Positions 39,209 through 51,975 of a DNA stretch of 64,000 nt are shown one piece after another; positions within the stretch are counted from its first letter, which is position 1, and each line of letters opens with the position of its first letter. The stretch is from Octopus sinensis. Its lineage: Eukaryota. Position numbers and translations under genes: made by a program. The notes below the pieces were generated by a model. That model saw nothing but the letters and a program-made list of their open reading frames with translations, did not search any database and was not told the DNA's origin. Location of the stretch: assembly GCF_006345805.1 (NCBI RefSeq), contig NC_042999.1, positions 104,656,001 through 104,720,000 of the forward strand. Direction: 5' to 3'.

Positions 39209-39412
39209 ACATGTGGCACATGGCGCTCTTGTACAGATATAATGTAGATTTGATGTAGTGAGTGAGCTTATATGAACATAAACATTTGACCACTATAAAT
39301 CAGTCATCATGCGTCATCTAACGACGGGAGAGTCCATGATATATATATATGTATATATATCCTGCTCCAGCATGGTCACAGCTCATGAGCTAAAACCGGT
39401 TCAGTTCAATCA

Positions 39413-39455
<43 letters not shown>

Positions 39456-39580
39456 GGACCCTCCCGTCGTTAGATGACGCATGATGATTTATTTAGAGTG
39501 GTCAATGTTTATGTTCATATAACTCACTCACTACATCAAATCGACATTATATCTGTACAAGAGCACCATGTGCCACATGT
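39209..39580. repeat. About 128-bp inverted repeat (SINE tail fold-back) with 116-bp AT-rich spacer
   Basis: 39209-39337 is the reverse complement of 39454-39580 with about 7 differences. Confidence 0.9.
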
Positions 39581-39714
39581 TAGTTGACGAAATGATCGGG
39601 GAATAACGTGAAATGATGTACCTTGCTCAAGAACACAGCATCAGGTCCGGTCTGGGAATCGAACCACCAGTGATCTCGCAATCGTTAGTACAACATCCCA
39701 ACCAATAGCCCATG

Positions 39715-39716
<2 letters not shown>
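39454..39716 (-). mobile_element. tRNA-derived SINE (related to 49080-49260)
   Basis: GGGAATCGAACC B box on the plus strand, CTTGCTCAAGAACAC core, and GTGCCACATGTTAGTTGACGAAAT shared with about 49110. Confidence 0.7.
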
Positions 39717-39750
<34 letters not shown>

Positions 39751-39752
<2 letters not shown>

Positions 39753-40558
39753 TGTGTCTGTGTGGTAAGAAGCTCAATAAAAAAAAGAAAAAGAAAAATG
39801 GGACATTGCCGGCGGTTTGTGACACACTGCTGGCGTGTCCCGAAGCACCTTCGGTGGGAGCTGTGCTACCGAAGTTAGAAACTGTAGGCCCTTCCCATGC
39901 TAGGGGTGAGGAATTTGTGATACTCTTTCATAAGGAAGGGTCGTTGGAAAGCTTCGTCAAGAAGTTTAAAAAGAAAGGCCGGAGGGAAGGGATTCTATCT
40001 TGCACTGAGGACCCTAACTGGCCTTCGCAGGTGGCTGCGGAGGTCATATAGGAGACCGATTTGTGCAGGGTGATGAACTCCTTCCCCGAGGACACTTTTA
40101 GATTTATGTTAAAGTGGCCTGACTTGGCACCGTCCAGGTACTTGAATGAGGCGCGGAACTTGGTCGGGCATGAAAGTTTATAATTGAAAATAAAGGTAAG
40201 AGTCTTAGTGCTTCATTTTGTTATGGAATTGTGAACAATGTAAGATGTTTGTTGCCTCGTGAATAAAAGATCAATGTTCTCGAGTAAGCAGCAATCGATG
40301 GGCATTGCTTGTTGTCCTCATTTATCATAATTTTTATTTGTCATTTCATATAACATTATGTCTATGTCCAGCCCGCAGCTTCCCTTCTATGTAAGGCCTT
40401 TATGGCCAATATAATGAATAAAGAAGCTTGCTTCCCAACCACATGGTTCTGGGTTCAGTTCCACTGCGTGACACCTTGGGCAAGTATCTTCTACTATAGC
40501 TTCGGAATGACCAACGCCTTGTGAGTGGATTTGGTAGACGGAAGCTGAAAGAAGCCTG

Positions 40559-40633
<75 letters not shown>

Positions 40634-40710
40634 AATACACATATATATATATTTGTGTGTCTGTGTTTGTCCCACCACCATCGCTTGACAACCGATCTTG
40701 GTGTGTTTAC
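39751..40710 (+). mobile_element. Type C1 SINE split by the 646-bp insertion
   Basis: Head 39751-39774 resumes at 40421. CCTTGGGCAAGT core, GAGTGGATTTGGTAGACGGAA, internal (CA)n. Confidence 0.8.
39775..40420 (+). mobile_element. Unclassified 646-bp insertion with 8-bp TSD inside a SINE head
   Basis: AAGAAGCT at 39767-39774 and 40421-40428. The SINE sequence TGTGGTAAGAAGCT/TGCTTCCCAACCAC is contiguous once the insert is removed. Confidence 0.7.
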
Positions 40711-40789
40711 CTGTAAAGGTATCTCTTTTCCCTATCCTCCTTGCAAGTGGCACGCTTCGAGACAAACTGAAGTAAGGCATAATATAACC

Positions 40790-41900
40790 CTGTCTTAAAG
40801 GCTGAAGCAATCTAGATTCTAAAAGTTATATGCTTATCTCTCTGACCTCACGTATCAGCGAAGTCATGGAATGCATTGTCAGAAGGAAAGTAATCACGTC
40901 TTTTGAAGAAAATTACTCACTAATTAACACCCAATTTGATTTTCCATGAAGAAGGGGCTGCCTTACTCAGTTCGTGCAACACTACGACTAGGTATCAAAA
41001 TAGTTGCTCAATCACTCAAATGTGAATGTGACATTTTGCGAAAGCCTTCGATACAGTCAATCATAATATGTCACGAACTATGAGATCTCAACATAGTTGG
41101 AAAACTAGGAAAGTGATTGCATGAGTTTTTAAAAGACAGAAGACTGGCAGTAATAGCCAACTGAACCATCACCCGGGAAGCAATAGTAGTGAGTAGCGTC
41201 CCCAAGGATATTGTCTTGGGGGCCAGTGTTGTTGCTAGTGGCTCTCTGTCTTTTGCTTGTTTCTGTCATTGGAATGCTGCTATGTTGGGGCACCGCCTTG
41301 AATATTTAGTGCAACAAATTAACCCCAGTAGTTTGGTAAAGTCTGTCACTTTTTCCACCGGTTTCTACTACCGAACCGCTAGGTTACCAGGACGAAAGAA
41401 ATCCAACATCGGTTACTAAGAGGTGGGGACAAATACAAGCTCAAACGCACACGCACGCACGCACACACATACACACGCACACATATACACAAGACGGGGT
41501 TTCATACTGTTTCTGTCAACCAAATTTAATCACAAAACATTGGTCGATCTAAGTGCCATGCAACGCGAGTGAACCCGAAATCTGTTCAGCAAAGCGAGCT
41601 TCTCAGCAACACATGAATGCGTTCATTTACGCAGACGATACAAAAGTATCATACAGGATAAAGAACCTTGGCCACCTATGCTTCTACAGTATGATTTTAA
41701 AATCGGGCCGAAGATTGATGCTCAAAATTTCACCGCTCACCGCTATGAGCACGCAAAGTTAAATGGAGAAAAACTCAAAATATATTGAAACCAGGAGAGA
41801 TCGCAGTCTCACAGTTACAATAAATACATGTTTTCGGTATGAATCTGAGAAATAATGCATCTGTTCATATGCATAATACTAAAATGGCATTGAAATGTAA
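40790..41900 (+). mobile_element. Decayed CR1/L2-group RT remnant interrupted by a SINE
   Basis: FAKAFDTVNHN, LHEFLKDRRLAVIAN and VVSSVP(Q)G..LGP before about 41240; FIYADDTKV resumes at about 41622. Confidence 0.7.
41240..41620 (-). mobile_element. Degenerate type C1 SINE
   Basis: Tail and body similar to 62570-62945; interrupts the CR1-type RT. Confidence 0.6.
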
Positions 41901-41989
41901 ATTTTAGGCCGGATGGATTCTATGAATTTTCAGAAGAAAAAGAAGTGCACAAACAAACACACATCTATATCTACACACACACAACACAC

Positions 41990-42065
<76 letters not shown>

Positions 42066-42070
<5 letters not shown>

Positions 42071-42395
42071 TGACACTTCGTCGGTCACAACGACGAGTGT
42101 TCCAGTCGAACCGGTCAACGGAACAGCCTGCTCGTGAAATTAGCTTGCAAGTGGTTGAGCAATCCAGAGATACGTGTACCCTTAACGTAGTTCTCCAAGA
42201 GATTCAGCGTGACACCGGGAGTGACAAAGCTGGCCCTTTGAAATACGGATACCAATTATTTCTTCCAGCCGAATGGACTGGAGCAATGTGAAATAATGTG
42301 TCTTGCTCAAGGACACAACGTGTTGCTGGGATTGAATTCATGACTTTACAATCATCAGCCGAATACCTAGCCACATAGCCATGGGCCTTCACATA
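42066..42395 (-). mobile_element. Type C2 SINE
   Basis: Homologous to 9208-9460. Confidence 0.8.
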
Positions 42396-42411
42396 TTCAT
42401 ACATATATATC

Positions 42412-42469
<58 letters not shown>

Positions 42470-42685
42470 GACATATTTATGTGTGTATGCGCGCGCGTAT
42501 ACATTCGATTGAGCAGACACACAGGCGTAAAACCACTGTTTCATTCTGTTTATAAGGGCATGAAATATAGCACGAAAATTCATTAACTAGGATTTAAAAA
42601 CTTTGCGATCCATGTAAGCCGTGTACATTGTATAAAGCGTCTGTCACATCTTCTGCGTTTTTTTTTTCGATATATATATGTACAA

Positions 42686-43793
42686 AGCACTGAATAAAAA
42701 GAACACAACAAACTGAAAAAATTAATAAAAACATAACAAACGGAAAAATTAGACAAAACCATAGTACATGGAAAATTCGTAGCTGATTCCTCATCAGTCA
42801 ATATCCAAGAGATCATAGTGGTTTCGCTACTTTAACCTTAATACCACTCCGTCTCGGCAGCACCAGACCAGAAAGCTACTGGAAATATCTAACGAATGTA
42901 TACGACAAGCACAAAAACAACAACGCAAACTAAAATAATCCATTCCACTATTGACACAAGGCCTGAACTTTGGGGGAGTGGGGTAGTCAATTTACATCGA
43001 CCATGGTGTTCAACTGGTATTTTTTTTATCGATCCCGAAATGATGAAAGGCAAAGTCGACCTCAGCGGAATTTGAACTCAGAACGTAGCGGTGGGCAAAT
43101 TACTGCTAAGTATTTCGTCCAGCGTGCTAAAGATTCTGCCTGCTCGCCGCTTTACGACAAGCTAAAATAATATAACAGTATAATAATATAACAGAGCGAG
43201 GAGCACCAGCAAGCGTGACCGGTCCGGTCAAAGGCAGGGCTGTAAAGAACGACACCACCTTAGGTCGACATCGGTCAAATGGTAGTGGAAGAACATAGGA
43301 AGCATTTTGGAGGGCAGAGGGACTGAAGAAACGGAGCAGAATAAGAGAGAGGGAAAGAGAGAAAAAGAGACTGAGAGAGACAAAAAGGATTGAAAGAGAG
43401 GAACGGAAAGGGAAGAGATAGTCTTAGATGTCGCACAACAAATATTCAAAGAATATTTTTACAATTAAGTAAACAAATATAATGGGTACATTGCGTTCCA
43501 TAAATATTTCAAGCATTGAATAAAAAGAGCACAACAAACGGGAAAATCTAACAAAAACATAACAAACGGAAAAATTTAACAAGAACATAGCGAACAGATA
43601 AATTATACAAAACTCTATTGCACAGAAAATACGCAGCTGATTCCTCATCTATCAGTGCCCTGGATAATCATAGTGGTTTCGCGCTTTTAGCATTGATATC
43701 ACTCCGTCTTGGCAGAACCAGAGCAGAAACCCACTGGAAGTAGCTAACGAACATATACGACAAGGACAAAACAAACAAGATAAACTAAAATAA
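42686..43793. repeat. Diverged direct duplication of a 250-280 bp module
   Basis: 42686-42938 versus 43512-43793 share AGCA(C/T)TGAATAAAAAG, AGCTGATTCCTCATC, ATCATAGTGGTTTCGC and CACTCCGTCT(C/T)GGCAG. Confidence 0.8.
42945..43155 (-). mobile_element. Type M SINE
   Basis: GATGAAAGGCAAAGTCGACCTCAGCGGAATTTGAACTCAGAACGTAGCG on the plus strand. Confidence 0.8.
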
Positions 43794-43955
43794 TATAACA
43801 ATTGTATATAAAAACCCAAAAATGAATATATAATTACAGCAGAAAACAGCTTTACGACCGTCAAGCAGGCTGTTCTGAGTAAAGCAGATATAAGAGGGCA
43901 GTTGTGTGTAATGTGCACACACACACACACACACACACACATAATACCCCCTATA

Positions 43956-44046
<91 letters not shown>

Positions 44047-45038
44047 GGAGGTACGACGACGAGCTCGGGGCGAACCCGGACGTCGACGAGGAATACCTGA
44101 CCCGCCTGTTCGGGACGACTTTCGTGCCAGGGCCCATGGACAACTTCCAGAGTTCCCTGGCCTGGCAGTGCTACCGAGAAGCGCTACCCGTTCGGGATAA
44201 GCTCTACAGACACGGCTCGAGAAACACGGGGCCGACCTGCCCGAGATGCGGTCAGAGTGACGAAACCGTTCTGCACGCACTCGTGCAGTGTCCAACAATT
44301 TCCGACCTGTGGGCTTATGTCGAACAACTGCTATCACGTGTGGGACGAGTCGGTTTATCAGCTGAGTCTATCGTCAATATTGTCACGCCTCCTTCCTTCA
44401 AACGGGAAGGAAGAGCTATTTTCATGATCCTTGTGGCTATGGCGAAAGAATGTATCTGGTGGACGCGTCTGAAAGGATGGAGACAAACACTTTCCTCTCT
44501 GGTCAATCTCTCATCAACTTCTTCAAGTACCACTTGAAAAGGAAAGTGAGAATAGAGAGGCAAGTTTTGTCTAGCGAATGTTTTAAAAAAAGATGGGCGA
44601 ATGTAGCAAGGATGGCAAGTATGAATGACGAAGCCACCTTGAGCATAATCCTATGAACCCAGAAATTGAAAACAGAGGGTTACCCACTTGCAAACAAATG
44701 TGGTAACATGTAACAATATTGACCGAGGTTACGTGGTCTTTTCCGTAGGCTTTTCTTCCCACGGATAAACCTTATCTGCTTTCCCCTTTACACCGTACAT
44801 CATGACACTGTGATACACGATCCCTATTGATCCTTTTTTTTTCTTCTTCGCCTGTTTTCCCTTTTCTCCTTTTTTAATTTGTTTTGTTTCTTTTTCTTTT
44901 TTTCTTTTTTTTCTCCATTCCCTTTTACGATCCCTTTTTATCGAAAACCTACCACACTTTTTTTTTCCAAAAAAAGAAAAGCTCTACTTTGTAATCTGTC
45001 CCGTCTGTGTGCAGCCCTGTGTGGCTAATAAAAAAACA
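44047..45038 (+). mobile_element. Second Tx1/L1-clade LINE copy, more strongly 5'-truncated, in (TATC)n
   Basis: Coding part closely matches about 14552-15160. Same 3' terminus GTGCAGCCCTGTGTGGCTAATAAA..ACA-TATCT. Confidence 0.92.
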
Positions 45039-45045
45039 TATCTTT

Positions 45046-45124
<79 letters not shown>

Positions 45125-45182
45125 ATATATATATATTTAAATAATGAGGGAGATAAATTAATATTAATTTTAATATCAATTT

Positions 45183-45225
<43 letters not shown>

Positions 45226-45669
45226 GAAAGGAACACAGAAGACGCGACAAGTACTTATGCTTCATACAATGTTTTCTGGAGTCTGCCGTTGTTAATTACG
45301 TAATTGCTTGAACACTATTCTGCAACGCAATGCTGCCAGCGTATCTCATCAGTGTTATTGGTTAAAACACGTCACAAATAAAGATGCAAAGTCTTATATA
45401 TATTATCATATATAAGGTCTTGTATATATGTAAAGCTCCGTTATTAAAGCAGAATAGAAGTGAAACGATATGTAAGCATGAGAGAGAAGTGTAAAGGTGT
45501 TGAGAAAGGAAGGCCATCAAAGCCATATCTGCAGTCGAGCCATACGCATTCATACACCCTTCCATAATCACATATGTACATACATACAGATATATATATA
45601 CATACGCACACACATATATCCTGAAGGGTGGTGTTGGAAAGGTAAGGGCAAATTGTGGCAGTATGGGAG

Positions 45670-45984
45670 GGAGCAAGGGCGAATGCTTATTGACCAATCC
45701 TCATATACTGCATTAATATTCCTCGCACTTTCTGCTGCGTTGTTGCCTTTATTGAACTCACAAGGCAAAATATGCTGAATATGCTCCTTTGTCACTTCCA
45801 TTATGACTTTGGAAAAAATAACTCAAAATCGAGCTGCACTCTTCAAAACTTGCACTAAGAATAAGTTCAAGGTAAAATTACTACCTGTTTTTATAGCAAA
45901 TTGATGCAGGTAGTTTATCCCGTCCCCCTTCGACTTTTTGTTTATGCAATTGAAAAAACGCATTATTTATGGGATGACCCAATA
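45670..45984 (-). mobile_element. Mariner 5' end (TIR plus transposase HTH N-terminus)
   Basis: TIR TATTGGGTCATCCCATAAAT (45984-45965). MEVTKEHIQHILPCEFNKGNNAAESARNINAVY is a Mos1-like N-terminal HTH. Confidence 0.85.
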
Positions 45985-46071
45985 CATAAATTCAAGCGAC
46001 ACACAGTCGCTGATTATGCAACAGGCTAAAAGGCCAGTTCTAAAATCTCTCTCTATCTCCCTCTCTCCCCG

Positions 46072-46119
<48 letters not shown>

Positions 46120-46204
46120 CACACATATATATATATATTTATTATCTGCACTTTCACTTATAACTTCCTTTAGGTTGGGTGCATTGCCTTCAACGTTTGC
46201 GTGC

Positions 46205-47312
46205 TAAAGTGGGGGTACTCTTTTGATTACGTAACCGAGGTTTGATCTTGGGCACTCCAGTTTTCTTTCTTGTGTTACAGTATATATATGACTACTCTGC
46301 TGGCAGCATGCACTAAGAAAGAACAAGGATGAGTAATACGATTTCACTGGTCTGAAGTTGTGTGAGGAGCTCCACAACCTGTAGAAATGCAATGTAAATG
46401 GATCGAGAAGTTTCAAAATTGCTGGACATACGTGAAGCACGAAGAGGGATCAGAGTATCTAGCAACCTGCACCACTGACGTGAAGATTCAGCAAGTTCTA
46501 GAGATGATTCTAGCGAACCAACAAGTGACCATACGAAATACCCCTCGACAATCTTCGGTTCTATAACGTCTGTTCAAGATTGGCCACAAGAAGTGTTAAC
46601 AAAGCGCATAAACAAGAGTGTGGAAATCTATCAACACTTACTCGACCGCTACGATGTTGAAGGTGATTTTTGGGGAGAACAAAATCACTGGACATGAGAT
46701 CATGGAACATCACTTTTAGCCAGAATACAAAAGGCAGAGAATGGAGTGGAAACACCCAAAATGGTGAGAGAAGCAAAGGAAATTGAAGTTTCAATTTTCC
46801 CCAGAGATACTAACCACTTGTAGGACACGAAAGGGCCTGTTCTAGAATATTGTCTCGTAAAGGGGTCCTCGTTTACCAGAGTAGGTTAGACTGAAATGCT
46901 GGTCAACAAAATGAATGCAGCAATTCGCACCAAACGCAAGTGTTATTGCTGCACTGCAATACACCCTCACATACCAACGCTCACCAATTAAACCATTGAA
47001 AAGTTGGATTCCGAGTTGTTGGAACATCATGCATATAGTTCAGATCTCGTCCTTGCCGGCTATTACCTTTTTCAACCGCTCATTCATTCTTTACAAGGTC
47101 AAAGAAGCGCAGGAAGCAGTGCATAAATTGCTGCGCCATCAGCTAAGGAAGTTCGATGGAATAAGCAAGCTCGTGAACCGCTAGAAGTGCATCAAAAAGC
47201 AAGACTATGTCAGAAAACGATATCGTTGTTCAAACCGTGCTTTACTATTAATAATATACAGAAATAAGAGTGTGTATAATTTTTGACTTACACTTGTCTA
47301 TATTTACACACA
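46205..47312 (+). mobile_element. Decayed mariner element
   Basis: Degenerate ITG(D)E..QRMEWKHP and H(P)AYSSDL(A)..YYLF motifs, with many stops and indels. Confidence 0.65.
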
Positions 47313-47354
47313 CATACGTGCGCGCGCATATATATGTATATATATATGTATGTG

Positions 47355-47402
<48 letters not shown>

Positions 47403-47432
47403 TGGAGAGAGAGAGAGCGAGAGGGTGAGGGG

Positions 47433-47486
<54 letters not shown>

Positions 47487-48219
47487 AGAACTGCAAGAAT
47501 GAAAATGGAGAAAATCACAAAATTTAATTGGTGATTATACCATACATTACGGCCGATGGTTTCTATTGTGCCAGCATATTTAGATACAGAAAATAAGTAT
47601 AAATACGACTCAAATATAAAATACGACTCATATATCCGAAAATATATTCTAACATAACGTTATCAAGGCAATCCTAAATGGGTTAAATTGAAAGTAGCGT
47701 AAGAAAATTTCTGTAATTCAGGAACGCACACAAAAAGTACGTGAAGAAGAAATGTATTCTAAGTAAAGCCAGTTTAGTATTTAACGTCGGTAGATAAAGA
47801 AAGAATAAAAATAATCATTGGGATTCTACGTCATGACAATAAAAAACAGAAATTCTAAGTCATGACAATTAGTTATCTATCTATTAAACAGGCGTGCGTC
47901 GACACTCGATTTTTTTTTGCGATGCCTATCATTTGTAGTCAGATGTTCAAACATAGGGGATCTAAAACTCTGCTGTCTTTTATTTTTACCCCTTATAGTT
48001 ATCTCAACCCTGAAGAAGAACCAAATTCAAAATGGTAATTTCACTCACTCTGGCAATTTTGTTTTATTCTTTCTAGCGCTTTCCAAAGATTACAAGTGCC
48101 TTGACGCTGACACCATTACCGGACTCCTACCATTTATGTTATACATACATACATACAGACAGGCAGAGAAACGGACAGACATATAAAGATACAGTCATAC
48201 GTACATATGTATAAACGCA

Positions 48220-48313
<94 letters not shown>

Positions 48314-48515
48314 CCTGCCTATCTAACACATGAGTATTCTTCCCTATGAAACAGGCTCGATTATTGTTCAGGTATTTCTTAACATGAAGCCAATGGTTGC
48401 CTAGATAGACATAACAAGCATATATACATAAAGATATATACAAACACACGCACGGGCACACACACATGCACACATAAATAAACATAAATACACGCATACT
48501 CACACACGTATATAC

Positions 48516-48549
<34 letters not shown>

Positions 48550-49267
48550 TACTTGCTTACAGAAACAAATATGCTCATGTACTTGCATCTACACAACCCG
48601 CTCTTCCTCCCTCTCTAACTGCCCCGTATAATACGATCCCTAACATTTGCCTGATAATTTTTGAATTGGCTGGCTCATTTGTTTCACTCCCACTATGCAT
48701 TTTACATTCTTCTGATGAAGGACTGACGCCTGATATGTTAATATATTTTTACTCGGTTTAAAAAATAAAATACAGGTTGCATAATGCTTTCGACAAAGTA
48801 TAATGATTTCTTTAAAGCAATAAGCTAATATTTTATTTGTTACATCTTTTGCTCTTGCGAAGTTCTTATCATAGTTCAATGTTTTTTGGATACATGCATA
48901 CATGCATACGTACGTACGTACGTATACATGTATACATGCATACGTACACACATAATGGAATCTCCTGGCGTTAGGTAACGAATGAATGTTGTACAAATTC
49001 TTGCTTAACAACCATATAGATAATTGTTTATAGTGGTCAAAAATATGTTTGTGCATACATAAGCTAACTCCCCCCAACAAATAGACATTGCTTGTACAAG
49101 TGCTCGACGTGCCACTTGTTAGGTGACGAAATCATCGCAGAGCAACACGAAATGAAGTGTTTTGTTGAAGAACACAACGCAACTCCCGGGCTGAGAATCG
49201 AAACCATGATCTCGCCGTCATGAGAGCAACACCCTAACCACTAAGCCAATCGCCTTCACATACATAC

Positions 49268-49308
<41 letters not shown>

Positions 49309-51079
49309 CACACACAAACATACACACACACATACAGATACACAGGTGAGTTCATCTGTATTGATTTGTTGAATTCCAATTAAGTACTACGCCACGTGTC
49401 ACCTCCCTGTCACCATATCAAGCTCTCAATTTTTACCTGTTTAGAGAATATCCGGCAATTAGCTCCCCGCTACTTAACCCATCCTTTTCCATCGGTTTTC
49501 TTACTACCATTATTGCAATCATCAGAGTCACAACCATTCTCACCACCACCTCCACCACTACTATCCTCCTTCTCACCATCATTTATACATATGTGTAATT
49601 ATGTGTGTGTATGCTTTTATGTATACAAATGAATATATATGTAAGTACAGTTTAACTGAGATTAGAAGAATTATTCTGATTGAAACATGATTTAGATTCG
49701 TTCGTTCAAAAACTTAAACCTTTTATATGATTCACGCATCCTCCTCAGAATATATTACATAACAATTTAAATCGTAAGGCTAGAAATATAAAGTGAAGAT
49801 TCTTTAGTGATAACATTGATCAGGTAGCGTGTTTTCCATTTAATTTTCAGTAATCATTGGCACAAAGTTTAAAAGATTTACCAGTTGAATAGGTTCAATC
49901 AGTTTTCCTTGCACTTTAAAACGACAGTGTGATTAGCAGGCTGTAGCTTTGAATTATTATTACTAGTTTTTATTTTACTACAAGACATGCTGTCTGAAGT
50001 TTTAGGATTTAAAATATGTGCTGTCAACTTTAACGTACTTAAGGTGTTTGTTTCGAAGTTGAGAATGGAGAACTGAGTGTTAAAGTGAGATGGCCGAGTG
50101 ACTATGCTAATTCAAAGATGTAATAATGCATGCAAGTTAATGAGATGCGCAGAAGTCACACATTTTCATCTTCTGTCAAATAAACTCTGTACGTAAATAC
50201 AGGAACGAGCACTCACTATCGAAACAAAGAAAGCTGGGCGACAGTTAGTATTCCGATAATATAATCGTATACGTGGATGTAAATGTAATTGACTTTGTCT
50301 TCCTATACTGATTATTGTCAGTTGAATCCAAACTTAGTGAAATCATGTGTCAAAGAAACAGATAATTGCAATATCAGCTTCCTTGTGACATGTTTAGCTC
50401 TACAATATCCGCCATGTTTTCACGATTCAACATACAATCTTATAAGCAGTCAGTTATGTTGCAGTTGTTGTTAATGTTTAAGCCAGGTCAGTCCCTATCT
50501 AGTAGACTACATGATCAAAAGCATCCCAGGTGTTACTGTCTCATCAATCTATATGCCTAGGATTACGATTTTAATGTCATTTATTTGCTAAGTCGTTAAC
50601 ATCTCATCTATTAATACATCTAGTATTACGTTGTCTAACGTACCAGTTATTTGTCAAGAAAGTAGGGTGTGATTTAAAGGAAATTTCATTACCTATTTCT
50701 AGCAGGTCAGAAAACAGCATAGACACCCTCTCCAACATGGCGATTATTTCTCGAATATCGTTTATAACAATATTATATAACATGCAGTCCATGTAGGGAG
50801 GTTTGCATAGTACCTATGCATATCTGGGTACTATGCATAGAAATACACTTCTTTTTATTGGTGCATGCATGCAAAGGTTTGGAAGGCATGATAGAAGACA
50901 TGTAAGAACTTAGAGGGTTTAAAGTACAGCTATATATAAAGGACATATATACAGGAGTTGGACAAAATAATGAAAACACTTTGTTCAATAGCCACCTTTG
51001 GCAACAATTGCAGCTTTAATACATACTAGAATTTATATATACTGGTTGTTAGGGATATGTTTAACTATTCTTAAAATAT

Positions 51080-51800
51080 AACATGCATTAGCTCTTTCAA
51101 CGACGACGGTGGCGGGAAGCGGCTCCTCACTTGCTGCTCCAAAATGCAGCATAAATATTGATTATATTAAGATCGTAAAGTCAATTCAAGTGGTATACTT
51201 CCCTTTGGTGATCTTCGTACCAATTCTGAATAACATTAGTGTTTTGAATCGGAGTATTACGGTTCTAGACTATTGCGCTTACATCAGGGAATAATGTTTC
51301 CAGTCACAAAGTCATCCGAAGAGTGTTAAAAGGTGATTATCTATCAGAGAAGACGGTATTATCCCATTGAGCCATTGACCTTTTCTGATAGTCTAGAGAC
51401 CAATTTTTTCAATTATCAACATTGATGATGGTCGGAGAATTTTAGAAACTTCATCCCTTCCATGATATTCACTGCATAGAGCTCACGGCGAATGGCTTTT
51501 GTTGATACAGAGATGATGAGATGGTGATTTAGCTCAGCTATCACTCATTGAACCGTAGTTCATTAGCTTGTAGGCGCAACAAGTTTCCCTATTTTGTGGT
51601 CCCGTTCTGGGAGGTTTGTCTTTCATCTAGAATTATGTTGATCAAAGCAGATTTACTTTGATTTTGGAAATTCCAGCATTGTCTTATAGAATTTACCTCT
51701 CACAACATTAAACAGTCCAACAGTTTCAGCAATACGCGCTCCAATAAATTCTCCTCTATGTAACTGAACTAGGTCACATATTTAAATAAAAAGAATATGG
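51080..51800 (-). mobile_element. Decayed Tc1-like transposase
   Basis: Minus strand gives RGEFIGARIAE..LFNVVRG and a RKPKLSERD-like N-terminal segment typical of Tc1-type transposases. Confidence 0.55.
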
Positions 51801-51944
51801 ATACCTACAAAAAAAGAAAAACAGAATGATATATCATGAAGTATACATATTGCATAAACTGTATGAACACATTCTTGCAGAGAAGAACAGTTGTGAATTC
51901 GTCATATTGCTCTGTCTCTCTGTCTCTGCGTATATATGCATATA

Positions 51945-51975
<31 letters not shown>

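Noticed and set aside
42780-42835. CGAAAC..CTGATGAG as a type II hammerhead
   Set aside because: Only 24 nt lie between the cores, with no valid helix III/UH/stem I, and the second copy breaks the core.
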